A DNA stretch of 64,000 nucleotides, taken from assembly GCA_902583415.1 (NCBI GenBank), contig CACHVW010000001.1, positions 1,118-65,117 of the forward strand. The letters run 5' to 3'. Made by a program: the position numbers and the translations under genes. Numbering within the stretch: the stretch's first letter is position 1; every line of letters begins with the position of its first letter. Below the pieces are notes generated by a model that did no database searches, was not told the origin of the DNA, and saw only the letters and a program-made list of their open reading frames with translations. Source of the stretch: an uncultured SAR116 cluster alpha proteobacterium. Lineage in GTDB: Bacteria > Pseudomonadota > Alphaproteobacteria > Puniceispirillales > Marisalimonadaceae. Positions 1 through 9,986 of this stretch are shown one piece after another.

Positions 1-116
1 TCGTTTAATACTAATTGATGTAATAAAATTTTGTATAACAAAAATAATTACAAAGAGTATGAAATTGTTTATATATCAGCTTGAGTTTAAAAACTTAATA
101 TGGTTATAACATTTCT

Positions 117-1121
117 ATGAATATTATTAAATGGAAAATTGGTGATACCCCACCTTCTATTGAAGGTCAATTAGCTGTTGCTATTGGAAATTTTGATGGT
201 ATTCATAAAGGACATGTTAAACTTTTAAATGAATGTAAATTGCAAGCAAAAGAAGGCAATCTGGCTTTTGGTGTAGTAACATTTGATCCCCATCCAAGAG
301 ATTTTTTTAATCCTAAAAATCCTTCTTTTAAGTTATTAGATCATGAAGAAAAAGAAAGGTTATTAAATAAGCATGGTGTTGAATTTCTAATAATCATTAA
401 ATTTAATGAAAACTTGAAAAACTGTAATGCTGAGCAATTTTTATCACAAATTCTAAAACAGAATTTCAATATTGTAAAAATGTTTGCAGGTTCAAATTTT
501 AAATTTGGGAAAAATAGAGAAGGAAGTATCGAAAACACAAGGAGCTTTGCTAACACATTTGGATTACAACTTATTTCGATAGGTTTAAAACAATTCTCTT
601 CTTTAACTGAAAAAGATTATGAAGTAATCAGTTCCCAAAAAATACGAAAATTGATTCAAAATGGACAATTAAAACTAGCTAATAATTTGCTTGGTAGAAA
701 TTGGTGTATAACTGGCAATGTAGAAAAAGGAAAACAGCAGGGAAGAGAGATTGGTTTTCCTACTGCAAATCTAAATTTGAAGAACTTTTTAAAACCACCA
801 TTAGGAGTTTATATTTCCAGATTAAAAATAATTAGCAGTCAAAATACTGAAATATCAAATGTTTGGTTGCCATCTATTTCAAATATAGGTACAAGACCTA
901 CTGTCTCTGGAGATTCTATAAATTTAGAAACTCATATAATTAATTTTAATAACAATACTGAGACAAATTTGTATGGAAAAAGAATAAATGTTGAATTTAT
1001 TGAATTTTTAAGACCTGAAAAAAAATTCAATTCTCTATCAGAACTGCAAAAACAAATCAAGGTCGATACTAAAAAAGCATTTGAATTTCATAAATTACAA
1101 AATAAGACATTAATAATTTGA
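117..1121 (+). CDS. ribF: Bifunctional riboflavin kinase/FAD synthetase
   Basis: GNFDGIHKGH, TFDPHP, ISSQKIR, GREIGFPTAN, NIGTRPT and ETHI motifs; directly upstream of ileS. Confidence 0.97.
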   Translation: MNIIKWKIGDTPPSIEGQLAVAIGNFDGIHKGHVKLLNECKLQAKEGNLAFGVVTFDPHPRDFFNPKNPSFKLLDHEEKERLLNKHGVEFLIIIKFNENLKNCNAEQFLSQILKQNFNIVKMFAGSNFKFGKNREGSIENTRSFANTFGLQLISIGLKQFSSLTEKDYEVISSQKIRKLIQNGQLKLANNLLGRNWCITGNVEKGKQQGREIGFPTANLNLKNFLKPPLGVYISRLKIISSQNTEISNVWLPSISNIGTRPTVSGDSINLETHIINFNNNTETNLYGKRINVEFIEFLRPEKKFNSLSELQKQIKVDTKKAFEFHKLQNKTLII

Positions 1122-1140
1122 TTTATATAGAGACAATTTA

Positions 1141-3912
1141 ATGACTGATTACAAAGATACCGTTTATTTACCCAAAACTGATTTTTCAATGAGAGCTGGT
1201 CTTCCAACTAAAGAACCACAAATATTAAAATTATGGGAAGAAATTAACCTTTTTAAAAAATTGAGGGAGCAAAGAAAAAATTCTGAGCCTTTTATACTTC
1301 ATGATGGACCTCCATATGCAAATGGAAATTTGCATATAGGCCACGCTTTAAACAAAATAATTAAAGATGTAATAAATAGGTCTCAATCCATGCTTGGTAA
1401 AAATGCAAACTATGTTCCTGGATGGGATTGTCATGGATTGCCGATTGAATGGAAAATAGAAGAAAATTATAGAAAAAAGAAAAAAAACAAAGACGATATT
1501 CCAATTGTAGAATTTAGAAAAGAATGTCGAGATTTTGCTGCAAAATGGATGGATGTTCAATCTGAAGAATTTCAGAGATTAGGTGTTTATGGAGATTGGG
1601 AAGATCCATATTCAACTATGAAGTATGAATCAGAGGCTATAATAATGTCTGAAATAGGGAAATTTCTTATGAATGGCAGCCTCTACAGAGGCATTAAGCC
1701 TGTAATGTGGTCTCCAGTTGAAAAAACTGCACTAGCAGAAGCTGAGATTGAATATCATGACCATATAAGCACTACCATTTTTGCAAGGTTTCCAGTTATC
1801 AAAACATCTTTGGATATACTTAGCGATTTTGAAATTATAATTTGGACAACAACACCATGGACAATGCCAGGTAATAGAGCGGTAGCATATGGTAAAAATA
1901 TTGATTATTCACTTATAGAAGTTACTGATGTAGGTGAGAATTCTTTAGCAAAAATTGGTGATAAAATTATTATAGCTAAAGAATTGATGGAAGACGTGAT
2001 GAAAGAAATTTCTGTCTTAAGTTTTATTTCTTCTAATACCCTTAAGGGCAGTGATTTTGCAGGAACCGTTTTAGCCCATCCACTTAATAATAATGGTTAT
2101 GAACATGAGGTTTTACTTTTAGAAGCTGATTTTGTGACAACTGATCAGGGAACAGGTTTCGTTCATATTGCTCCGGGTCATGGTGCAGATGATTTTGAAC
2201 TTGGAAGACTAAATAATTTACCAATACCGGAAACTGTTTCAGATAATGGAATATTAAATAGCGATTTACCTTTGTTAGGTGGACTTCGTGTTTTAAAGGA
2301 TAATGAAATTATTGCTGATATTATGTCTGAACATAATGCCTTGATAGGACGAGGAAAATTAAATCATTCATATCCACATAGTTGGAGATCAAAAGCACCT
2401 CTTGTTTTTAGAACAACACCTCAATGGTTTATTTCTATGACAACTAACAACTTAAGAGATACTTCTCTAAAAGCCTTGTCACAAACAACTTTTTATCCTC
2501 CTCAGGGTCAAAATCGTTTAACTAAAATGATAGAAGACAGGCCTGACTGGTGTATATCTCGGCAAAGAGCATGGGGCGTACCTCTTGCAATTTTTGTAAA
2601 TAAAAAAACTCAAGAGCCACTTAGAGATCAAGAAGTAATAGACAGAATCGTTGAAGCTTTTAAAACTGATGGAGCAGATGCTTGGTTTGAAAAACCTTCT
2701 ACCTTTTTTCTAGGTTCAAGATATAATCCAGACGATTATGAAGCAGTAACAGATATTGCAGATGTTTGGTTTGACTCCGGCTCCACTCATTCATTTGTAT
2801 TAGAGGAGAGGGATGATTTATTCTGGCCTGCTTCATTGTATCTTGAAGGAACAGATCAACATAGGGGATGGTTTCACTCTTCTTTACTAGAAAGTTGTGG
2901 GACAAGGGGGCGTGCTCCGTATGATGCAGTTTTAACTCATGGTTTTGTTTTAGACCAACAAGGTAGGAAGATGTCAAAATCTCTTGGCAATATTACCGCA
3001 CCCCAAAAAGTAATTAATGAGTTTGGCGCTGATATTCTTCGTTTATGGGTGGTAGGCTCTGATTACTACGATGATCTTAGAATTGGAAAAGAAATTTTAA
3101 TTAGACACTCTGATCATTACAGAAGACTTAGAAATACCCTGAGATATTTACTAGGTGCATTGAATGACTTTAGTGAAAATGAAAAAATAAATTTTACTGA
3201 AATGCCTGAATTAGAACAATGGGTTCTCCATAGGGTTTCTGAACTAAGTGAAAAAATACAAAAGAACACAGAAAAGTTTAACCTTCATGATATTTACCTA
3301 GATATTCATAATTTTTGTACTATTGATTTGTCAGCTTTTTACTTTGATATAAGAAAAGATACTTTGTACTGCGAAAATCCAAGTAGTGCTGAGAGAAAAT
3401 CTTGTAGAACCGTCATGGATATTTTATTTCAATCGTTAACTACATGGCTAGCTCCAATTATTTGCTTTACTGCGGAAGAGGCGTGGCAAAGTAGATATGG
3501 AGATAAAGAAAATTCAGTCCATTTGCAAACTTATTTTCAAGCTAAAAAAGAATGGAAAAACTCTCAAATTGGAAAAAAATGGTCTGAAGTTAGAGAATTA
3601 AGATCAGTAGTTACATCATCTATTGAAGAGAAGAGAAAAGAAGGAGTGTTAGGCTCTAGTCTTCAAGCTAAGGTTTTAATAGAAGCAAATGAAAATTCTT
3701 ATAATGTGCTCCAAGACTTAAATCTGCCAGATATTTTTATTTGTTCAGATGTTCAAATGGATTTAAATAAAAATTTATCTGAAACAAAAATTAGGGTAAA
3801 AGTAGATTTGGCATCTGGTGGAAAATGTATGAGATGCTGGAAAGTAGTTCCAGAAGTTAAAGATAATATTGAACTTTGTAATAGATGTAAAAGAGTGCTT
3901 GAATTAAATTAA
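1141..3912 (+). CDS. ileS: Isoleucine--tRNA ligase (type 1)
   Basis: HDGPPYANG/HIGH, GWDCHGLP, WTTTPWT editing motif, KMSKS, C-terminal CxxC..CxxC zinc finger. Confidence 0.98.
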   Translation: MTDYKDTVYLPKTDFSMRAGLPTKEPQILKLWEEINLFKKLREQRKNSEPFILHDGPPYANGNLHIGHALNKIIKDVINRSQSMLGKNANYVPGWDCHGLPIEWKIEENYRKKKKNKDDIPIVEFRKECRDFAAKWMDVQSEEFQRLGVYGDWEDPYSTMKYESEAIIMSEIGKFLMNGSLYRGIKPVMWSPVEKTALAEAEIEYHDHISTTIFARFPVIKTSLDILSDFEIIIWTTTPWTMPGNRAVAYGKNIDYSLIEVTDVGENSLAKIGDKIIIAKELMEDVMKEISVLSFISSNTLKGSDFAGTVLAHPLNNNGYEHEVLLLEADFVTTDQGTGFVHIAPGHGADDFELGRLNNLPIPETVSDNGILNSDLPLLGGLRVLKDNEIIADIMSEHNALIGRGKLNHSYPHSWRSKAPLVFRTTPQWFISMTTNNLRDTSLKALSQTTFYPPQGQNRLTKMIEDRPDWCISRQRAWGVPLAIFVNKKTQEPLRDQEVIDRIVEAFKTDGADAWFEKPSTFFLGSRYNPDDYEAVTDIADVWFDSGSTHSFVLEERDDLFWPASLYLEGTDQHRGWFHSSLLESCGTRGRAPYDAVLTHGFVLDQQGRKMSKSLGNITAPQKVINEFGADILRLWVVGSDYYDDLRIGKEILIRHSDHYRRLRNTLRYLLGALNDFSENEKINFTEMPELEQWVLHRVSELSEKIQKNTEKFNLHDIYLDIHNFCTIDLSAFYFDIRKDTLYCENPSSAERKSCRTVMDILFQSLTTWLAPIICFTAEEAWQSRYGDKENSVHLQTYFQAKKEWKNSQIGKKWSEVRELRSVVTSSIEEKRKEGVLGSSLQAKVLIEANENSYNVLQDLNLPDIFICSDVQMDLNKNLSETKIRVKVDLASGGKCMRCWKVVPEVKDNIELCNRCKRVLELN

Positions 3913-4401
3913 ATGAAAAAAAATTTTGGTATTTTTAATCTTCTTTTGATTTTTTTGATTTTTATATTTTTTGACTATGTTTCAAAGCTGTGGGCTATTG
4001 AAAATCTTTTTATGCAATATAGATCGATTGAATTAACATCTTTTTTATCTATGACACCAGTGTGGAATAGCGGGATCTCTTTTGGTTTTTTTCAGGATTC
4101 TGGTGAATTAGGGAGATATGGCTTTACTGGTTTTGCTTTTGGAGTAAGTATTTGGTTAATCTATTCTTCAATAAAATTACCTAGATATTCGTCTCTTGGG
4201 TTTATCCTAATTGCGAGTGGAGCAATTGGAAATGCGATTGATAGAATTCTCTATGGAAAAGTAGTAGATTTTATAGATTTTCACATTAAAGATTTACACT
4301 GGCCAGCATTTAATGTTGCTGATACAATAATATTTATAGGTGCAATTTTGTTTCTTTATAATCAATTTTTTACTATCGAGAGAACTTACTATGAAAATTA
4401 A
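3913..4401 (+). CDS. lspA: Lipoprotein signal peptidase II
   Basis: NSGISFG, GAIGNAIDR, VVDFID and FNVAD motifs; abuts ileS. Confidence 0.96.
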   Translation: MKKNFGIFNLLLIFLIFIFFDYVSKLWAIENLFMQYRSIELTSFLSMTPVWNSGISFGFFQDSGELGRYGFTGFAFGVSIWLIYSSIKLPRYSSLGFILIASGAIGNAIDRILYGKVVDFIDFHIKDLHWPAFNVADTIIFIGAILFLYNQFFTIERTYYEN

Positions 4402-4909
4402 ATTTCTTTTAATACTTGTTTTTTTGACATCATTAGGGTTCTTATCAAGTTGCTCAGACTTTAGAAAAGCTGTTGGTCAAGAAAAAATTATTCCTGATGA
4501 ATTTTCTGTTGCAGTAACACCTTCTCTTTTAATACCTCCAGGTTATAAAATAGATCCACAGTCTTTAAAAAACATTGACTTGGAAAATAGCGATAATAAT
4601 TTCAATCTTAATCAAGAGATTGATATTAAAGATAAAAAAGAAGCAAATAGTTTTAGCGAAATGTTTGATACAAAGAATGTTCCAAAAGATATAAGAAAAT
4701 TAGTTGACGAGGAAACGTTAGGTATTTCTTTAGGTGAAAGAAGAGGTATAGATATTTTGTTTGGAAACATTCCTAAAACAGGTGTTATAATTGATCCCAA
4801 AAAAGAAGCCATAAGAATTAAGAAAAATCAGTCATCTAAACAAAATATTAATTCAAATCCTTCCCCAGCAGTTGATATTAACTCAGGAAAGCCTTTACTA
4901 ATAAAATAA
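4391..4909 (+). CDS. DUF3035-family lipoprotein
   Basis: Likely start is ATG 4391 (MKIKFLL); lipobox LSSC; PDEFxV...LxIPP motif; usual position after lspA in alphaproteobacteria. Confidence 0.8.
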   Translation: MKIKFLLILVFLTSLGFLSSCSDFRKAVGQEKIIPDEFSVAVTPSLLIPPGYKIDPQSLKNIDLENSDNNFNLNQEIDIKDKKEANSFSEMFDTKNVPKDIRKLVDEETLGISLGERRGIDILFGNIPKTGVIIDPKKEAIRIKKNQSSKQNINSNPSPAVDINSGKPLLIK

Positions 4910-4922
4910 TTAGGTAAAAAAT

Positions 4923-6719
4923 ATGGAAATAAGAAGGCTTCCACAAAATCTTATCAATCAAATAGCAGCTGGAGAAGTTGTTGAAAGACCCTCGTCTGCG
5001 TTAAAAGAATTAATTGAAAATTCTTTAGATGCAAATGCAACTCAAATAGACATTATTATAGAAAATGGCGGAAAAAATTTAATTTCGGTATCAGACAACG
5101 GTATTGGGATTCAGAAAGGCCATATTCCTTTAGCTATTGAAAGGCATGCAACATCAAAATTGCCTGACAACACTCTAAATAAAATAAAATATTTGGGTTT
5201 TAGAGGAGAAGCACTTCCTTCAATTGCTGCAGTTAGTGAATTAAATCTGCAGTCAAAATATATTGACTCAAACCAAGCTTGGTCACTAGATGTTTTTGCA
5301 GGGGACTTTAAAGAGGTTTATCCTTCATCTCTAGAAAAAGGAACCAAGGTATCTATAAAAAATCTTTTTTTTGCTACTCCAGCAAGGTTGAAATTTTTAA
5401 AATCTTCTCAAGTTGAAAAAAGTTATTGTCACCAAATCATCCTAAAGATGGCTTTAGTAAATCCGTTAGTTGGTTTTAGTTTTAAAGCTGATGGTCGTGA
5501 ATTGTTAAGTATTAAACCTGAAAATGAAGCGGATGCATTATATTTTAATAGGATAAGAAATTTAATGGGGACAAGTTTTGCTGATGAAGCAATAAAAATT
5601 GAAAATTCAAAGCAAATAACAGATACAAAATTTCTAAAAATTCACGGTTTAATTGGTCTTCCAACACTAAACAAATCAAATTATAATCAACAACACTTAT
5701 TTATAAATGGGAGATCTATACAAGATAGAAATATTTCAAGTGCGATAAGATCAGCTTATAGAGACACACTCCCCAAGGGAAGATTTCCAGTTTTTTGTTT
5801 ATTTATTGACGTTCCAACCGATTTTATTGATGTCAATGTTCATCCTGGGAAAACTGAAGTGAGATTTCAAGATAGTGCTTTAGTTAGAAGTTTATTAGTT
5901 GGGTCAATAAGCCAAGAATTAAATTATAATTCTTTTCAAACCTCGAATGAAATATCTAAAGAAACTATTGAAAGATTTACTATGAATGAAAGATTAAATA
6001 ATAGTAAATTTTATGACTTGAACGATAATGAGTACGAGAATCAATCATTTTTCAATAATATTGACGCTCAGCCTTTAAAAAAAGCTCTTAAACAAGATGA
6101 TTGGGATAATAACTCAATTCAGACTATCGAAAATGAGAGTTTTCCGTTAGGCGCTGCACTTGGGCAATTCAATAAAAATTATATTATATCTCAAAACTCT
6201 AATGGTATTGTAATAATTGATCAACATGCTGCTCATGAAAGATTAACGTTAGAAAAAATGAAACACGCACGCCAGAATAAATCAATTGACAGGCAGATTA
6301 TGTTGCTTCCAGAAGTTATTAATCTTGAGCCAGTTCCACTAGAAATAATAAAAGAAAATATTGAATTATTAGCTGATATAGGTTTTGTAATAGAACCTTT
6401 TGGTGAAGGTGCTATTGTTGTAAGAGAAATCCCAGCATTGTTAGGAGATACTGACATTAAACAAATCATCATTGATTTAGGAGATGATTTGTCAGAAACT
6501 GGTCTTCCAACATCTTATCTTGCCAAAAGTGATCTTATATTAGGTAACATAGCATGTCATAGATCAGTAAGGTCAGGACGTAATTTAAATCAGTTAGAAA
6601 TGAACCAATTACTAAGAGAAATGGAAAAAACACCAAATTCTGGACAATGTAATCATGGAAGACCTACCTCTATTAGCCTTTCACTTAAAGATATTGAGAA
6701 ATTATTTAATAGAACTTGA
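4923..6719 (+). CDS. mutL: DNA mismatch repair endonuclease MutL
   Basis: NQIAAGEVVERP, GFRGEAL, DVNVHPGK, DQHAAHE and CNHGRP motifs. Confidence 0.98.
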   Translation: MEIRRLPQNLINQIAAGEVVERPSSALKELIENSLDANATQIDIIIENGGKNLISVSDNGIGIQKGHIPLAIERHATSKLPDNTLNKIKYLGFRGEALPSIAAVSELNLQSKYIDSNQAWSLDVFAGDFKEVYPSSLEKGTKVSIKNLFFATPARLKFLKSSQVEKSYCHQIILKMALVNPLVGFSFKADGRELLSIKPENEADALYFNRIRNLMGTSFADEAIKIENSKQITDTKFLKIHGLIGLPTLNKSNYNQQHLFINGRSIQDRNISSAIRSAYRDTLPKGRFPVFCLFIDVPTDFIDVNVHPGKTEVRFQDSALVRSLLVGSISQELNYNSFQTSNEISKETIERFTMNERLNNSKFYDLNDNEYENQSFFNNIDAQPLKKALKQDDWDNNSIQTIENESFPLGAALGQFNKNYIISQNSNGIVIIDQHAAHERLTLEKMKHARQNKSIDRQIMLLPEVINLEPVPLEIIKENIELLADIGFVIEPFGEGAIVVREIPALLGDTDIKQIIIDLGDDLSETGLPTSYLAKSDLILGNIACHRSVRSGRNLNQLEMNQLLREMEKTPNSGQCNHGRPTSISLSLKDIEKLFNRT

Positions 6720-7283
6720 AGTTAATAACCTTAAGATAGTTAATTTTGAATTTCCGTATATTTTTACATCTAAAATCTGATAACCATCATAATTGAAGGT
6801 TTCTGTTTTACCATTCTCAGCAAAAATATAACTATCTTGATTTATTAAATTAAATTCTTTTAATTTAAATAAACATTTCTCTGTTATATTTGTATTGTAT
6901 GGTGGATCCATTAAAACTATTTGAAAAATCTTCTTAATATTTTTTAATGCTTTTGTTGCCTCACTTTTAATAATTTTAATTTTATTTTCAAATTTATTAT
7001 CAATCTTTAATTTTGAAATATTTTTATAAATTAAATTTATAGATCTTTGGTCTTTATCTATAAAATAAACTGAAACAGCTCCCCTAGAAAAGGATTCAAT
7101 CCCCAATGATCCGGTTCCACTGCAAATATCAAGAACATTACACCTTTCAATATTTATCTTATGTTTATTTGAGGAAATAATTGAAAAAAGAGATTCTTTT
7201 AATCTATCAGACGTTGGCCTAATATTAGAACCATCTGGCGGTATAAGTTTTAAACCTTTATATTTGCCACCTATTATTCTCAT
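6702..7283 (-). CDS. rsmD: 16S rRNA m2G966 methyltransferase
   Basis: MRIIGG..RPTSDRLKESLF, LDICSGTGSLGIE, DPPY. Confidence 0.93.
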   Translation of the reverse strand: MRIIGGKYKGLKLIPPDGSNIRPTSDRLKESLFSIISSNKHKINIERCNVLDICSGTGSLGIESFSRGAVSVYFIDKDQRSINLIYKNISKLKIDNKFENKIKIIKSEATKALKNIKKIFQIVLMDPPYNTNITEKCLFKLKEFNLINQDSYIFAENGKTETFNYDGYQILDVKIYGNSKLTILRLLTSSSIK

Positions 7284-7305
7284 AATAAAATCTTAATTTA
7301 TAAAA

Positions 7306-8076
7306 TTATTTTCTATTTTTGTTAATTATTTTTGAAAACCCTAGTTGATCATTAAGGATTTTGTTTTTAACTTCTTCTATCTCCCCAGAAGCAAGATTTT
7401 TAATTTGAAAAGGTCCAAAGGACACTCTAATTAGACGATTAACATTATATCCGAGATAATTCATTACTCTTCTAACTTCTCTATTTTTTCCTTCTCTTAT
7501 ACCCAAAGTAAGCCAGGCATTACTACCTTGTTGTTTATCTAATTTAGCGTCTATTTTACCATATCTAATTCCGTCTATCGTGATACCATTTTTTAGTAAT
7601 TCAAGATCTTTTTTTATCACATAACCATGGACTCTAACTCTATATTTTCGAAGCCAACCAGTTGAAGGTAATTCAAGTTTTCTTGCTAAATCACCATCAT
7701 TAGTAAGTAATAATAGACCTTCAGAGTCCATATCTAAACGACCAACAGAAATAAACCTAGTATCTGATTTTTCCTTTAAACGATCAAAAATTGTAGGTCT
7801 GCCTTCTGGATCATTGTTTGTTACTAAATATCCTCTTTGTTTATTGTACAGCCATAACTTAGTTGCAATCTTTGTTGGTAAAGGCTGATTATTAACTTTG
7901 ATTTGATCTGTTGAAGTGACATTTACACCACATTCTAATAATATTTTATTATTAACTTTTACATTACCGCTTATAATTAAACGTTCAGCTTCTCTTCTAG
8001 AACATAAACCTGATCTAGCAATGACTTTTGCTATTCTATTGTTCTTTGTATTAGATGATTCAATTTCTGGTTTCAT
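7306..8076 (-). CDS. rluB: S4-domain rRNA pseudouridine synthase (RluB/RsuA family)
   Basis: S4 domain RIAKVIARSGLCSRREAE; GRLDMDSEGLLLLTNDG; EGKNREVRR. Confidence 0.88.
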   Translation of the reverse strand: MKPEIESSNTKNNRIAKVIARSGLCSRREAERLIISGNVKVNNKILLECGVNVTSTDQIKVNNQPLPTKIATKLWLYNKQRGYLVTNNDPEGRPTIFDRLKEKSDTRFISVGRLDMDSEGLLLLTNDGDLARKLELPSTGWLRKYRVRVHGYVIKKDLELLKNGITIDGIRYGKIDAKLDKQQGSNAWLTLGIREGKNREVRRVMNYLGYNVNRLIRVSFGPFQIKNLASGEIEEVKNKILNDQLGFSKIINKNRK

Positions 8077-8183
8077 GTTTTCAGATAATTTTGGATTATA
8101 TTTTTTTGTGAGTTATTTTCATAGTTCTGTATTATAGGTTTTAATAAGTATTAGCAACATTACTAATAACAAGGGAAAAGAAT

Positions 8184-8636
8184 TTGGTTTATCAAATTGA
8201 TTATATGGAATTAGCAATAAATGAAGCTATTAAAGCAAAAAAAAAACAAGAAGTTCCTGTTGGTGCAATTATAGTAGATAAAAAAGGTAAAGTTATAGCT
8301 AAGGCACATAACTTAGTAGAAACTAGAAATGATGCAACAAGCCACGCAGAAAAGCTAGTGATAGAAAAAGCTCTTAAAATCACAGGAAACAGATATTTAA
8401 ATAATTATGATATTTGGGTTACTTTAGAACCTTGCATAATGTGTGCAAGTATTATTAAGCAAACAAGAATAAGACGTTTATATTATGGTGCAGAAGATAA
8501 AAAAGGTGGAGCTATTGATAATGGAATTAGAATGTTCTCAAATTGCACATCTAAAGCCAAATTACAAGTTTACTCAGGATTTTCTGCAAATAAGTCCGAA
8601 AAATTAATAAAAGAATTTTTTAAAGAAATAAGATAA
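8184..8636 (+). CDS. tadA: tRNA adenosine(34) deaminase
   Basis: EVPVGA, HAE and TLEPCxMC zinc motifs; TTG start (ATG 8205 is an alternative). Confidence 0.88.
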   Translation: MVYQIDYMELAINEAIKAKKKQEVPVGAIIVDKKGKVIAKAHNLVETRNDATSHAEKLVIEKALKITGNRYLNNYDIWVTLEPCIMCASIIKQTRIRRLYYGAEDKKGGAIDNGIRMFSNCTSKAKLQVYSGFSANKSEKLIKEFFKEIR

Positions 8637-8638
8637 TT

Positions 8639-9901
8639 TTAAAGTTTACCAATATCTTTCCTATAAAAACCTTGTTCCCAATTTAAAGCTTCTACAACAT
8701 CATATGCTTTTTTCCTGCAATCTTGAACATTGTCTCCAATAGATGTTATTGATAAAACTCTTCCACCATTTGAAATAAGGTTTTCATTTTTATCTTTGGA
8801 AGTGCCTGAATGGAACACAGATATTTCATTTCTGTCATTAAAATTTTTAAGCGATGGTAATAAAACTCCTTTTTCAAATTCACCAGGATATCCCTTGCTT
8901 GCTATTACGACAGTAATTGCATTTTGCGGAATTAAATCAATAGTCATATTCTTAAGATTTTTCTTAATTGTTTTTTGAACGATACTTACTAAATCTGTTT
9001 TAAAACGTGGAAGCAAAACTTGAGTTTCAGGATCTCCAAATCTACAATTAAATTCAATTACTTTAGGTCCTTTATCAGTAATCATTACTCCAGCATATAA
9101 AATCCCTTCATAAGGGTATCCTTCTAATTTCATACCATTAATTGTAGGTGAAATAATATTATTGAATATTTCTTTTTTTAAATTTCGATCTAATGCAGGA
9201 GCGGGAGAAATGGCTCCCATGCCACCAGTATTTGGTCCCTCGTCATTATCATAAGCCCTTTTGTGATCTTGAGCTGTTCCAATTAAAACCGCATTATTCC
9301 CATCTGAAACTCCAAAAACACTTGCTTCAATGCCATTTATTCTTTCTTCTATTAAAATTGAATTTCCTGCATCACCAAACTTATTTTTTTCTAACATTTC
9401 TATTGATGCAATTATTGCTTGATCTGCTGTATCACACACAACAACGCCTTTTCCAGCGGCAAGGCCATCAGCTTTTACAACGCAATATCCATTCAAAAGC
9501 TCAATTTGCTTTTTTGCAGTATCTACATCGGTACAATATTTAAATTCTGGTTGTGGAATATTATGTCTTTTACAAAAATTTCTAGAAAAAGTTTTTGAAC
9601 CCTCTAATTGAGCTGCTTTTTTTGAAGGCCCAAATGCACTTATTCCTAATTTTGATAATTCATCTTTTAAACCCAGGACTAACGGTATTTCGGGGCCTAT
9701 AAAAACAATATCGGCTTTAACATCTTTTGCTAACTTGCATTGCCCAATTATATCGTCAGCGGCTATTGGGTAGCATTCAGCAAACGCTTCAATACCAGGA
9801 TTTCCTGGAGCAACAATTAGTCTTGTTGTTAAAGGTGACTTTGATAAAGTTGCAGCAATAGCATGTTCTCTACCACCTCCACCTACTACTAAAATATTCA
9901 T
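8639..9901 (-). CDS. purD: Phosphoribosylamine--glycine ligase
   Basis: MNILVVGGGGREHA start, KADGLAAGKGV, QDHKR, GPNTGGMG, EFNCRFGDPE; ORF track extends to 9946 but the homologous start is 9901. Confidence 0.97.
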   Translation of the reverse strand: MNILVVGGGGREHAIAATLSKSPLTTRLIVAPGNPGIEAFAECYPIAADDIIGQCKLAKDVKADIVFIGPEIPLVLGLKDELSKLGISAFGPSKKAAQLEGSKTFSRNFCKRHNIPQPEFKYCTDVDTAKKQIELLNGYCVVKADGLAAGKGVVVCDTADQAIIASIEMLEKNKFGDAGNSILIEERINGIEASVFGVSDGNNAVLIGTAQDHKRAYDNDEGPNTGGMGAISPAPALDRNLKKEIFNNIISPTINGMKLEGYPYEGILYAGVMITDKGPKVIEFNCRFGDPETQVLLPRFKTDLVSIVQKTIKKNLKNMTIDLIPQNAITVVIASKGYPGEFEKGVLLPSLKNFNDRNEISVFHSGTSKDKNENLISNGGRVLSITSIGDNVQDCRKKAYDVVEALNWEQGFYRKDIGKL

Positions 9902-9986
9902 GAATTTATTACTCCAAAAGACTTTAGATTTTCTGAAATATGCCATACTATTAATTCATGATAAATAGAAATCTTAATGAAATCTT

